A stretch of 32,000 nucleotides of DNA from Geobacteraceae bacterium (GCA_025355325.1 JANXZX010000233.1:8317-40316), one strand, 5' to 3'; shown: positions 17,512-25,663, counted from the stretch's first letter. Numbers and translations: made by a program. Notes: a model not told the origin generated them from the letters alone.

Positions 17512-17714
17512 TCATCGCGCAGACTCCGCTGGAATGCAACGGCATCACCCTTCCAGTTCAGAGTGCCACACAGGTCACTGAAGCGATAGGATAAGTCAGT
17601 TTTTCTGTTGGCAGCCTTTCTGGTGAGCAAAAACTGGAAAAAATCCCGGATCTCGCGGCGCTCGGTGACAGGGAGCTGCGACAGGTCAAGCATGTTATCT
17701 ATTGAGCGTGGCAT
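17505..17714 (-). CDS. vapB: VapB-like antitoxin (DUF2281-like)
   Basis: 69 aa. LPVTERREIRDFFQFLLTRK and the C-terminal GTLNWKGDAVAFQRSLRDEW are typical of this antitoxin type. Overlaps the PIN gene start. Confidence 0.7.
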   Translation of the reverse strand: MPRSIDNMLDLSQLPVTERREIRDFFQFLLTRKAANRKTDLSYRFSDLCGTLNWKGDAVAFQRSLRDEW

Positions 17715-17829
17715 ACTTATGCCTCCTGTTTTGTTGGTGGAATTTCGTTAGCACATGTGCCGGATGATGGCAAGATTTGAAGCAAAATTGATCCGGTTCA
17801 TTCCGGCTGGGTGCTGGAGCGGACCGGGA

Positions 17830-17868
17830 GATATGACTTGAATGGCTGAAGAAATTGATTAGGGATGA
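17830..17868. repeat. Right copy of the imperfect direct repeat flanking the vapBC-like cassette
   Basis: GATATGAC-N6-GGCTGAAGAAATTGATTAGGGATGA, followed by a degenerate AGGATGAGG. Core spacing to the left copy is 794 bp. Confidence 0.75.
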
Positions 17869-17971
17869 ATATACTGATCAAGGATGAGGTCATGGCCGCT
17901 TAAAATTAGACTTCTGACCAAAACAAGATCAACAAAAGTAACGAAGCTAAACAGGTTCGACGAAAGGTTCC

Positions 17972-18009
17972 AAAAATCAAAAAGGGGCTACGGTAAAAAC
18001 CGTAACCCC
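17972..18009 (-). terminator. Rho-independent terminator of tRNA-Arg
   Basis: Stem GGGGCTACGG / CCGTAACCCC (17984-17993 and 18000-18009, one mismatch). On the minus strand it is followed by TTTTTGATTTTTGG. Starts 9 nt after the tRNA 3' end. Confidence 0.7.
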
Positions 18010-18018
18010 TTGAATGAT

Positions 18019-18095
18019 TGGTGCGCCTGGAGCGATTCGAACGCCCGACCTACGGATTCGTAGTCCGTTGCTCTATCCAGCTGAGCTACAAGCGC
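18019..18095 (-). tRNA. tRNA-Arg (anticodon ACG), CCA encoded
   Basis: Minus-strand sequence GCGCTTGTAGCTCAGCTGGATAGAGCAACGGACTACGAATCCGTAGGTCGGGCGTTCGAATCGCTCCAGGCGCACCA. It folds by hand into a cloverleaf: 7-bp acceptor stem, GCTC/GAGC D stem, ACGGA/TCCGT anticodon stem with loop CTACGAA, and a T arm with TTCGAAT. Confidence 0.95.
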
Positions 18096-18107
18096 ATTGG
18101 AACGATC

Positions 18108-18136
18108 TTTATAGCGCACCATTTTGAATATATCAA
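18108..18136 (-). promoter_or_regulatory. Sigma-70-type promoter of tRNA-Arg
   Basis: Minus strand: TTGATA (18136-18131), a 17-nt spacer, TATAAA (18113-18108). The -10 element ends 12 nt upstream of the mature tRNA 5' end. Confidence 0.5.
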
Positions 18137-18227
18137 CTCTTTTTTGAATTTTACCTTTGTATACATCCCTAATCTGTTTTCTCCTATCCTATAATTGTGT
18201 TTTCAGATATTCTCAAACACGGAGTAA

Positions 18228-18572
18228 ATGACCGGTATTTTTGAAGGTTTAATCATGGATCACTTTATCATTGAAATAAGCGAAGCGGATATTAAACGGG
18301 AGCGGGATAAATCGAGAGAGCTTCGTAACAGCCGCTGGTGGAAAAATCGTGTGGCCCAGGGGCACTGCCATTACTGCGGTGGGAGCTTTCTGCCGGAAGA
18401 GTTGACCATGGACCATCTGGTGCCGGTCTCACGCGGAGGAAAAGCTTCTCGCAATAATGTGGTTCCAGCTTGCAAAGAGTGCAACAGCCGTAAAAAATAT
18501 CTGCTCCCGATGGAGTGGGAAGAATATCTGGGCAAGATTGAGAGTCCGGAGTCGGAGCCGTCTGGTGAATGA
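18228..18572 (+). CDS. Small HNH endonuclease-family protein
   Basis: 114 aa (alternative ATG at 18255). HNH motif CHYCGGSF ... DHLVPVSRGG ... NVVPACKECNSRK. Confidence 0.8.
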   Translation: MTGIFEGLIMDHFIIEISEADIKRERDKSRELRNSRWWKNRVAQGHCHYCGGSFLPEELTMDHLVPVSRGGKASRNNVVPACKECNSRKKYLLPMEWEEYLGKIESPESEPSGE

Positions 18573-19206
18573 ATTGAAAAGCCGCTACAAAGTCGTCATC
18601 TACGATTGTGATGGCGTGATCCTTGACTCTATTGAATCCAATTATGTTTTTTACAACCGCGTCATGGAGTTTCTGGGCCGACCGGAGATTGACCGGAAGA
18701 ACGTTGATGCCAAAAGGGTTCTCCATACCTATTCCTTTGCGGATGTCATGGAATATTTTTTTACCGGAGACCCGCAACGGGAAGAGGCTTTCAGGTTTGC
18801 CAAGACCATTCATTATCGCGATCTGATGCCCTATATGCGTATGGAGGACGGTTTTGTCAGCACTCTTGACCGGTTAAAGGGGCATACTTCCCTGGCCGTC
18901 TGCACCAACCGTGCGATTTCGATGGATATGATCATTGAAGACTTCGGGCTTACCGGCTATTTTGATTTTGTTATGACGGCATCGCAGGTTACCCACCCGA
19001 AACCCCATCCGGAACCGCTCCTGAAAGTGCTGGATTACTTTGGCATTGAACCGGAAGAGGCGCTCTTTATCGGTGATGGCGAGGTTGATATGCAGTCGGC
19101 CAAAGGCGCTGGCGTACCATTTATCTCTTACAAATCGCATCTGCCGGGATTGGCGCGCATCCAGCACCACGCCGAGATTGTTCAGCACGTGTTTGCTGCC
19201 CAATGA
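18565..19206 (+). CDS. HAD-superfamily hydrolase (phosphatase-like)
   Basis: The in-frame GTG at 18565 overlaps the HNH stop (GTGAATGA). Motif I is VVIYDCDGVILDS and motif IV is FIGDGEVDMQSAKGAG. The track ORF start at 18457 lies inside the HNH gene. Confidence 0.8.
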   Translation: MNELKSRYKVVIYDCDGVILDSIESNYVFYNRVMEFLGRPEIDRKNVDAKRVLHTYSFADVMEYFFTGDPQREEAFRFAKTIHYRDLMPYMRMEDGFVSTLDRLKGHTSLAVCTNRAISMDMIIEDFGLTGYFDFVMTASQVTHPKPHPEPLLKVLDYFGIEPEEALFIGDGEVDMQSAKGAGVPFISYKSHLPGLARIQHHAEIVQHVFAAQ

Positions 19207-19207
19207 A

Positions 19208-19249
19208 CAAAAAAACTCCGGGACGCCACAATGGCCCCGGAGTTTTTTT
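19208..19249. terminator. Bidirectional terminator between convergent HAD and isochorismatase-like genes
   Basis: AAAAAAA-CTCCGGG-loop-CCCGGAG-TTTTTTT, read directly at 19208-19249. Confidence 0.7.
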
Positions 19250-19269
19250 ACCTACATATTTCCCGAATA

Positions 19270-19836
19270 TTATCTTACAAGTTTTGACAGTTTTTTGAAC
19301 TCATCAGTCCCGGCTACTTTCAACAGTTGAAACATGGCTGATTCCGTACAGGTCGGGATCGCTCCGGCAAGGGTCATCGCCTGTATGGCGATTTCCCAGT
19401 TCTGCTTGCTGCGGCTCATGACGGCATCCTTCACCACATGGACATCCAGGCCGGCTTCACGCAGCTCGATCACAGTTTGCAGCACACACACGTGGGTTTC
19501 CATTCCGGTGATGATCACCTGAGTCCTGCCGGTTGCCTTGAGGGCGGCGACAAATTCAGCGCTGCCGCAGCAACTGAAGGCCATCTTTTCGAAGCAGGGG
19601 GCTGCGGCGGCCTTTTCTTTCAACTCCGGCAGGGTAGGTCCCAATCCCTTAACATACTGCTCAGTCACCAGAACCGGAATATTCAGTTCGGCAGCACTCT
19701 CAAGCAGAATTCCGGTGTTTTTTACCAGTTGTTTCAGAACGGAATCCTTCATCGCAACGCACAACTTTTCCTGTACATCGATTACCACTAATACAGCTTT
19801 GCTACGATCCAGAAAAAAACTGTCTTTGATTGACAT
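19270..19836 (-). CDS. Isochorismatase-family hydrolase
   Basis: ATG at 19836 preceded by AGGAG (8-nt spacing). Motifs AVLVVIDVQEKL and TGMETHVCVLQT (catalytic Cys). The track start at 19956 is an unsupported extension. Confidence 0.8.
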   Translation of the reverse strand: MSIKDSFFLDRSKAVLVVIDVQEKLCVAMKDSVLKQLVKNTGILLESAAELNIPVLVTEQYVKGLGPTLPELKEKAAAAPCFEKMAFSCCGSAEFVAALKATGRTQVIITGMETHVCVLQTVIELREAGLDVHVVKDAVMSRSKQNWEIAIQAMTLAGAIPTCTESAMFQLLKVAGTDEFKKLSKLVR

Positions 19837-19945
19837 AAAGCACGCTCCTGTTTTTAAATAGTGGTCTGAATCACAAATTCCAGCCGCCAGTGTACCGTAG
19901 GCGACCATAATAATCAACGCTGTGTCAGAGGCTCCCTTGTTTTTG

Positions 19946-19974
19946 CAGTCAAACAATTACCAATTGTTTGACTG
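19946..19974. promoter_or_regulatory. Perfect 13-bp inverted repeat CAGTCAAACAATT-ACC-AATTGTTTGACTG (putative operator) in a divergent promoter region
   Basis: Read directly. Lies between the divergent isochorismatase-like (-) and Isf-like flavoprotein (+) genes, 49 nt upstream of the ATG at 20023. Confidence 0.5.
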
Positions 19975-20022
19975 GCCGTAACATGCTACATCAGGAAAAC
20001 ATTTTTCATCAGGAGGTTCATT

Positions 20023-20598
20023 ATGAAAGTAGTTGCATTTAACGGCAGTCCCCGCAAGGAAGGCAATACCTCCTTGCTGATCGGCCATACCTTTGAAGCA
20101 TTGAACAAGGAAGGAATAACGACTGAAATGGTTCAGGTCGGGGGGACAAAACTGCATGGCTGCATCGCCTGTTATCAGTGTTTTACCCGCAAGGATAAGC
20201 GATGTGCGGTTACGGATGACATTGCCAACAGCTGCATTGAAAAAATGCTTGAAGCCGATGGCATCATCATCGGCTCACCGACCTATTTTGCCGCCCTGAC
20301 CCCCGAAACCAAGGCGCTGATCGACCGGTGCGGCATGGTGTCCCGGGCCAACGATGATATGTTCAAACGCAAGGCCGGGGCAGCGGTCGTCTCGGTGCGT
20401 CGCGCGGGAGCCATCAACGTGTTCGATACCATTAACCACTTTTTCAGTATCGGCCAGATGATCATTCCATCCTCAAATTACTGGAACATAGGTATCGGTC
20501 GGAATATTGGTGATGTGCAACAGGATGAAGAGGGAATCCGCACCATGCAGGTGTTGGGCGAAAATATGGCGTGGCTGCTGAAGAAGATCGCGGAATAA
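20023..20598 (+). CDS. Iron-sulfur flavoprotein (Isf)-like NADPH-dependent FMN reductase family protein
   Basis: 191 aa. Flavodoxin-like N-terminus MKVVAFNGSPRKEGNTS. Compact cysteine motif CIACYQCFTRKDKRC (CX2CX2CX7C), as in Isf proteins. Confidence 0.8.
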   Translation: MKVVAFNGSPRKEGNTSLLIGHTFEALNKEGITTEMVQVGGTKLHGCIACYQCFTRKDKRCAVTDDIANSCIEKMLEADGIIIGSPTYFAALTPETKALIDRCGMVSRANDDMFKRKAGAAVVSVRRAGAINVFDTINHFFSIGQMIIPSSNYWNIGIGRNIGDVQQDEEGIRTMQVLGENMAWLLKKIAE

Positions 20599-20610
20599 TA
20601 TGGCGGTGGA

Positions 20611-20638
20611 TCGGGACGCCCCTTATGGAGCGTCCCGA
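20611..20638. terminator. Stem-loop between convergent Isf-like and tpx genes
   Basis: TCGGGACGC / GCGTCCCGA form a 9-bp perfect stem with a 10-nt loop. The flanking U-tract is weak, so function is tentative. Confidence 0.55.
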
Positions 20639-20651
20639 AAGAAAAAGGTAT

Positions 20652-21167
20652 CTACAGCAGTGCTTGTGCCGCTGCAATTGCCGTCGCGTAATCGGGTTCG
20701 GCAGTTACTTCCGGTACAATCTGGATGTAGCGGATGGTGTCTGTAGCGTCAACGACTAAAACCGCGCGGGTCAGTAGCAGCAACTCCTTGATCAGCACTC
20801 CATAGCCAAGCCCGAAAGAACGGGAGCGGTAGTCGGAGAGAGTAACCACCTTGTCAATTCCTGCTGCTCCGCACCACCGTTTCTGGGCAAAAGGAAGGTC
20901 AAGGCTGACGGTCAAAACCACGACATCGCCCGGCAATGCTGCGGCTTCCTGATTAAAGCGACGTGTTTCCGTGTCGCATACCGGAGTATCGAGAGATGGT
21001 ACGGCACTGATGATCTTGATTTTTCCGGAGTAGCTGGTGAGTGTTACTGCGGCCAGGCCGTTGTCAACCACGGCAAAATCCGGAGCGGCGTCACCTACTT
21101 TAATCTCCGGTCCCAGCAGGGTCATTGGGTTTCCTTTGAACGTAATAATTCCTGTTTTTTCACTCAT
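20652..21167 (-). CDS. tpx: Thiol peroxidase (atypical 2-Cys peroxiredoxin)
   Basis: ATG at 21167 preceded by GAGGAGG. Motifs SLDTPVC (peroxidatic Cys) and RWCGA (resolving Cys). Confidence 0.92.
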   Translation of the reverse strand: MSEKTGIITFKGNPMTLLGPEIKVGDAAPDFAVVDNGLAAVTLTSYSGKIKIISAVPSLDTPVCDTETRRFNQEAAALPGDVVVLTVSLDLPFAQKRWCGAAGIDKVVTLSDYRSRSFGLGYGVLIKELLLLTRAVLVVDATDTIRYIQIVPEVTAEPDYATAIAAAQALL

Positions 21168-21828
21168 GGTTGTCCTCCTCGTCAAGTTCTACCATCGCTG
21201 GCAGTTTGCAGAATCCATCACTCGTTGCCCATTCGTCAAGAATACAGAGAAATTGCATAACCAACCGATAGGTGATGCCCCACAGCATCGGCTTATCATC
21301 AACCGGAAGTCGTATGGCCGGAACTTCGAACCGTCTTGTATCAAAAGAAACCGTACTTTTGAGATGACGTGCCCGGTCGCGCAGATCGGAAAGCGTGACC
21401 CAAAACAGATCCCGCACCTCATCGTTCAGCACCGGATGATGACGCATTCTGTCAATGCCGAACAGGCAGCACGACACCCTTACTGGCAGATTTGTGCCGA
21501 CTATGTCGGAAAGCCGGCCCAGATAGCGACCCTGATCCAGATTGATACCGATTTCTTCAAAAGTTTCCCGGCTGGCAGCCTGGCATTCCTGTTCGCCATT
21601 TTCCAGTTTACCACCAGGAAATGCGATGTGACCTGACCAGGGATCAAGCTCGTGTGCCGCACGCTCTATAAAGAGTATTTCAACATCATATGCCGCTTGA
21701 TGCAGAATCATGGCAACTGCGGCACGTGTTCGACCACCCGATTCAGGTGCCGTGTCATGTTCGCGCCTGGCAAGTATGCTTGAAATCCTGTCAAACGGGC
21801 ACTTGCCCTCTGCTAAATAATTTCTCAT
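21160..21828 (-). CDS. Nudix hydrolase, CoA-pyrophosphatase-like
   Basis: 222 aa. Nudix box GGKLENGEQECQAASRETFEEIG, preceded by HIAFPGG. Its stop overlaps the tpx start by 8 nt. Confidence 0.85.
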   Translation of the reverse strand: MRNYLAEGKCPFDRISSILARREHDTAPESGGRTRAAVAMILHQAAYDVEILFIERAAHELDPWSGHIAFPGGKLENGEQECQAASRETFEEIGINLDQGRYLGRLSDIVGTNLPVRVSCCLFGIDRMRHHPVLNDEVRDLFWVTLSDLRDRARHLKSTVSFDTRRFEVPAIRLPVDDKPMLWGITYRLVMQFLCILDEWATSDGFCKLPAMVELDEEDNHE

Positions 21829-21915
21829 GTATTCGATGATTCCTGTCTGGATTATTTTACATACTTACCGTATCATTCGGCACCGTCAAGCAAAATTATT
21901 TAAGGACAGGCCACG

Positions 21916-22941
21916 ATGCCACAACAGCAGCAAGCCGCGACACCTCATATTTCCGTTCTTATGCCGGTTCGCAATGAAGCGTGTTATCTTCAGGCGACAC
22001 TGGACTCGCTCTATCGCCAGACCATGACAAGCTGGGAGCTTATTGCTGTAGATGACGGTTCAAGCGATGCGACACCTCACATTCTGGCTGCTGCTGCCAG
22101 TAAAGACTCACGGGTGCAAGTCATCCGCCGGGAAGGTGGCGGTCTGGTGGCTGCGCTCAATGCCGGACGTGCCTTCTGTCGGGCTGCGCTGCTGGCTCGC
22201 CTGGATGGTGATGATATCTGCCATCCCCGCCGTTTTGAACTACAGGCGACCTATCTGGATGAGCATCCTGAAACGGGGCTGGTTGCCAGCAACTTCCGCC
22301 ATTTTCCGCGAACCGGTCTCAAACAGGGAATGATTGACTACGAAGCATGGCAGAACGGCCTGACGGATCATGCCCTGATTATCCGGGATCTGTTTGTCGA
22401 ATCGCCGTTTGTCCATCCGAGTGTCATGATGCGCCGGGCCATTCTGGAAGATGTCAGGGGATTCCAGGATAACGGCTGGCCGGAAGATTATGATCTCTGG
22501 CTGCGCCTGGCGGCAGCCGGAATACAATTTGCCCGTTTGCCGCAGACGCTTCTTTTCTGGCGTGATCACCCCGAGCGTGCCACCCGTACCATGGATGAAT
22601 ATGCAACAACTTCTTTCCGTGAGTGCAAATGCCACCATCTGCTGAACGGCTTTTTAAAAAACATCCCTGATGTCGTCATTGCCGGTGCGGGGCTGGAAGC
22701 GCGGGCATGGCAGCGATTGTTGACAGTCAAAAACGTGAAAGTTTCCACCTGGCTGGATGTTGATCCGAAAAAAGTCGGTCGCATTCTGCACAACGCGCCG
22801 GTACTGTCTCCGGAAGAGCTTCACTTGCAAGGCAGAAAAATGATCGTCGCCATCGGTGTGCGCGGCGCACGGGAACAGTTCCGGATTGTGGCTCACCGGC
22901 GCGGTTGGCATGAAGGCATGGACTTTGTGTGCGTCGCATGA
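21916..22941 (+). CDS. Family-2 glycosyltransferase with C-terminal Rossmann-like (CoA-binding-like) extension
   Basis: 341 aa. GT2 core ISVLMPVRNE ... ELIAVDDGSSD ... RLDGDD. C-terminal ~100 aa VVIAGAGLEARAWQRLL ... WLDVDPKKVGR ... PVLSPEEL resembles the N-terminal nucleotide-binding module of PglD/WbaP-type enzymes. Confidence 0.8.
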   Translation: MPQQQQAATPHISVLMPVRNEACYLQATLDSLYRQTMTSWELIAVDDGSSDATPHILAAAASKDSRVQVIRREGGGLVAALNAGRAFCRAALLARLDGDDICHPRRFELQATYLDEHPETGLVASNFRHFPRTGLKQGMIDYEAWQNGLTDHALIIRDLFVESPFVHPSVMMRRAILEDVRGFQDNGWPEDYDLWLRLAAAGIQFARLPQTLLFWRDHPERATRTMDEYATTSFRECKCHHLLNGFLKNIPDVVIAGAGLEARAWQRLLTVKNVKVSTWLDVDPKKVGRILHNAPVLSPEELHLQGRKMIVAIGVRGAREQFRIVAHRRGWHEGMDFVCVA

Positions 22942-23001
22942 TAAAAATACCGGCGCCTGAAATGGCAGTAGACGGCTTAACATGGTAGAGAGGAAGGAGT
23001 A

Positions 23002-23307
23002 ATGATGTTACCAAGCAAAGAAGAATTGGCCCTTACCATTGACGAGGCTGAATGGGATGCTTTGAGAGCCCACCTGCACCGGGGTGGTCTGATTCTGGTT
23101 GATGATTCTCTCGACCTGGCAGATACCGCACATAGAGTTGCTGCCGATGACGTTGAGGCGATCCAGCATCTGATGGAAAATGGCATGCTCGGCAAGCCCT
23201 CGGACTCAAAGATCCGCACATGGGAAGAAGATAAACACAAAAAGTTTGCGATGCTGATAGTCAGTCCGTATGTCCTCTTCCAGGAAAAAATGCCGACATT
23301 TCACTGA
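23002..23307 (+). CDS. DUF2288-like small conserved protein
   Basis: 101 aa preceded by GGAAGGAG. The pattern GGLILVDDSLDLADTA ... AMLIVSPYVLFQEK matches my recollection of DUF2288. Confidence 0.65.
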   Translation: MMLPSKEELALTIDEAEWDALRAHLHRGGLILVDDSLDLADTAHRVAADDVEAIQHLMENGMLGKPSDSKIRTWEEDKHKKFAMLIVSPYVLFQEKMPTFH

Positions 23308-23326
23308 AACACGACGAGGGTCACCG

Positions 23327-23986
23327 ATGGAGATAACTCTTAACGATATTGAAGTGCGTGTGCTGGGCAGTCTGATAGAAAAAGAGCTGACTACGCCGGA
23401 GTATTACCCGCTCTCGCTCAACTCCCTCACCAATGCCTGCAACCAGAAATCCAACCGCGATCCGGTCATGGCTCTGGCGGAAGAGGAGGTCGTGCGGGCC
23501 CTTGATTCGCTCCGTTTCAAGCAACTGGTAGTGCTTTCGGCTGACGGCGGCCGTGTGCCGAAGTATCGACATCTGATGGCTGAAAAATTAGGTTTGATGC
23601 CGGCCGAGCAGTCAGTCATGTGTGAACTGCTGGTACGTGGGCCGCAGACGGTTGGGGAGCTTCGGACCCGGGGGGAGCGCATGCATCCGTTCGGCGATCT
23701 GGCTGCGGTTGAAGAGGTTTTGCAGGAGTTGATCCAACGGGAAAACCCCCTGATTGCACTGCTGCCTCGCCAACCGGGGAGAAAAGAAGGGCGCTATGCC
23801 CAGTTGTTTTCAGCACTGCCGGAATGTGGTGACGAACGTGCCGAAGCACGTCCAGAACCTGCCCGTCAGAGGGTAGTGGCGGAGAATGAGCGGATTGCGA
23901 AGCTGGAGGAGGAGGTGGCGTCTCTTCGGTCTGAAGTGAAGTCTTTGCAGCGGCAAATGGCGGAGTTTAAGGCTCAGTTTGAGTAG
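23327..23986 (+). CDS. YceH-like protein (DUF480/UPF0502)
   Basis: ATG at 23327 after GAGGG. N-terminus LNDIEVRVLGSLIEKELTTPEYYPLSLNSLTNACNQKSNRDPV is the DUF480 signature. C-terminal coiled coil. Confidence 0.75.
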   Translation: MEITLNDIEVRVLGSLIEKELTTPEYYPLSLNSLTNACNQKSNRDPVMALAEEEVVRALDSLRFKQLVVLSADGGRVPKYRHLMAEKLGLMPAEQSVMCELLVRGPQTVGELRTRGERMHPFGDLAAVEEVLQELIQRENPLIALLPRQPGRKEGRYAQLFSALPECGDERAEARPEPARQRVVAENERIAKLEEEVASLRSEVKSLQRQMAEFKAQFE

Positions 23987-25619
23987 TATCTTCCTCTTCC
24001 GGCCAGAAGCGTCTCTGGAGTTCGTCCATCAACGGTTTAAGGCTCTTGCGGTCGCGGGCCGATACGGTGACGCTGTTTTTGGTTCTGGCGGATTGGCGCA
24101 CCCGGAGAAACGCGACCGTATCCTTCTTTTTAATATCATGCAGAAGATCAGCCTTGTTGTACACCAACAGTTCCTGTTTATCCCCCAGTTCCAACTCTGT
24201 CAAAATAGCCCGCACCTGGGCAATCTGATCCTCAAAACGGGGATGTGACGCGTCTACAACGTGCAGCAGCAGGTCGGCGTCACGCATCTCCTCTAAAGTA
24301 GCCTTGAAAGCGCCCAACAAAGATTTTGGCAGGGAACGGATAAATCCGACCGTGTCGGTGATGATCACCTCGCGCTCGCGAGGAAAGCGCAGGCGGCGGG
24401 TAGAAGTGTCAAGCGTTGCAAAAAGCAGGTCTTCGGTAAAAACGTCGCTTTTGGTCAGGGCATTCAGCAGGGTTGATTTTCCGGCATTGGTATAACCGAC
24501 AATCGATATGATCGGCACTCCTGCTTTAACCCGCTGCTTGCGGCGCTGGTCGCGCCCCTGGGAAAGTTCTTTCAGCTCCCGCTCCAGGTTGGCAATCCGG
24601 TCACGGATACGCCGCCGGTCGGTTTCCAGTTTGGTTTCACCCGGGCCTCTCCCGCCTATTCCCCCCATCAGTCGCGACATCTGCACGCCCCGGCCGGTCA
24701 AACGCGGCAGCAGATACTTGAGCTGTGCCAGTTCAACCTGGACCTTGCCGTCCAGCGTTTTTGCCCGCCGGGCAAAGATGTCGAGGATCAGCTGGCTGCG
24801 GTCGATAACTTTCAATTCCGTCATCGCAGAAATACTGCGTATCTGGGCAGGAGTCAGCTCCTGATCGAAAATCAGCATGCTTGCGCCCCGCTGCATCGCT
24901 CTGATAACTACGTCCCGCATCATCCCTTCTCCCATCAGGAAGCGGGGATTGAGCTTTTTGGGCCGTTGAATGAATTCATCCAGCGCCTCCACTTGAGCGG
25001 TGCGCGCCAGTTCACGCAGTTCGTCCATTGAATCTTCTGCTTCCTGGCGGGTACCTGATGTTGTGACGGAAATCAGAATCGCCCGTTCAAGGGCATCCGA
25101 TACTTTCGGAGCGGTTCGCGCCGCTTTTTCCAGATCGGCTTCCAGTTCGGGAATAGCGTGGATACAATCGAGGTCAATTCGCTCAAGGGGGGTAACCGGG
25201 TCGAGGGTTGTTCCTGAACCCCGTTGATCAGGGGACAACCAGGCCAGTTGTCCGTAAATCTGGTTTTTGCCGGGGGTAAATAACAGTGCTGCAAGCAGAT
25301 CAAAGCGCAACAGGGAAAGGTCAGTTAAATCGTCTTCGGAAACCGGTTCGTTTTTCAGGTGGGTGTGGATCAAACGCAGGCCGCGCATGACTTTTTTGCC
25401 GAGAGGGTAATCGCGCAACTCCGGGATCACAAGCCCTTTTTCATCGCCGACGATGACATATTCGATAATGCCGGCGCGATTGGCGAGGATTCCGATCTGG
25501 CGACGGAGTTCGCTCGACAGTTCGACAAGTCGGGTAGCCAACTCAAAGGAGCAGAACTCAGCCACAGGAATCCGCCTGCGGTACAGGCGTTCCAGAGACT
25601 GGATCTGGCTTGATTTCAA
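23967..25619 (-). CDS. hflX: GTPase HflX
   Basis: 550 aa. HflX N-domain plus G domain (GYTNAGKSTLLNALT, DTVGF, NKAD). Its 3' end overlaps the convergent YceH-like gene by 20 nt. Confidence 0.93.
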   Translation of the reverse strand: MKSSQIQSLERLYRRRIPVAEFCSFELATRLVELSSELRRQIGILANRAGIIEYVIVGDEKGLVIPELRDYPLGKKVMRGLRLIHTHLKNEPVSEDDLTDLSLLRFDLLAALLFTPGKNQIYGQLAWLSPDQRGSGTTLDPVTPLERIDLDCIHAIPELEADLEKAARTAPKVSDALERAILISVTTSGTRQEAEDSMDELRELARTAQVEALDEFIQRPKKLNPRFLMGEGMMRDVVIRAMQRGASMLIFDQELTPAQIRSISAMTELKVIDRSQLILDIFARRAKTLDGKVQVELAQLKYLLPRLTGRGVQMSRLMGGIGGRGPGETKLETDRRRIRDRIANLERELKELSQGRDQRRKQRVKAGVPIISIVGYTNAGKSTLLNALTKSDVFTEDLLFATLDTSTRRLRFPREREVIITDTVGFIRSLPKSLLGAFKATLEEMRDADLLLHVVDASHPRFEDQIAQVRAILTELELGDKQELLVYNKADLLHDIKKKDTVAFLRVRQSARTKNSVTVSARDRKSLKPLMDELQRRFWPEEEDTTQTEP

Positions 25620-25663
25620 ACCAGCAAGATTGCCGAAGACTTCTTTAATGGGGTGGCTCCGGT

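Noticed and set aside
15377-18018. Direct repeat of the tRNA-Arg 3' end that would mark an attL/attR pair
   Set aside because: Scanning by eye, I found no copy of TGGTGCGCCTGGAGCGATTCGAAC or a substantial part of it in the islet. The island hypothesis therefore rests on composition and content only, and a computational search is needed.
18228-18572. HNH endonuclease beside the tRNA as part of the islet or of a defence system (for example a Septu-like HNH partner)
   Set aside because: It lies on the other side of the tRNA. It has host-like composition, no ATPase partner, and is translationally coupled (GTGAATGA) to a housekeeping-type HAD hydrolase. It is more likely a conserved core gene.
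18292-18813. 173-aa minus-strand ORF
   Set aside because: It spans the HNH/HAD junction antisense to two genes with clear catalytic motifs.
19837-19956. N-terminal 40-aa extension of the isochorismatase-like ORF, with similar upstream extensions of the dapB, tag, tpx, YceH-like, ychJ-like and HEPN ORFs in the track
   Set aside because: Internal ATGs with good Shine-Dalgarno sequences coincide with the start of family homology. The extensions overlap neighbouring genes or regulatory palindromes.
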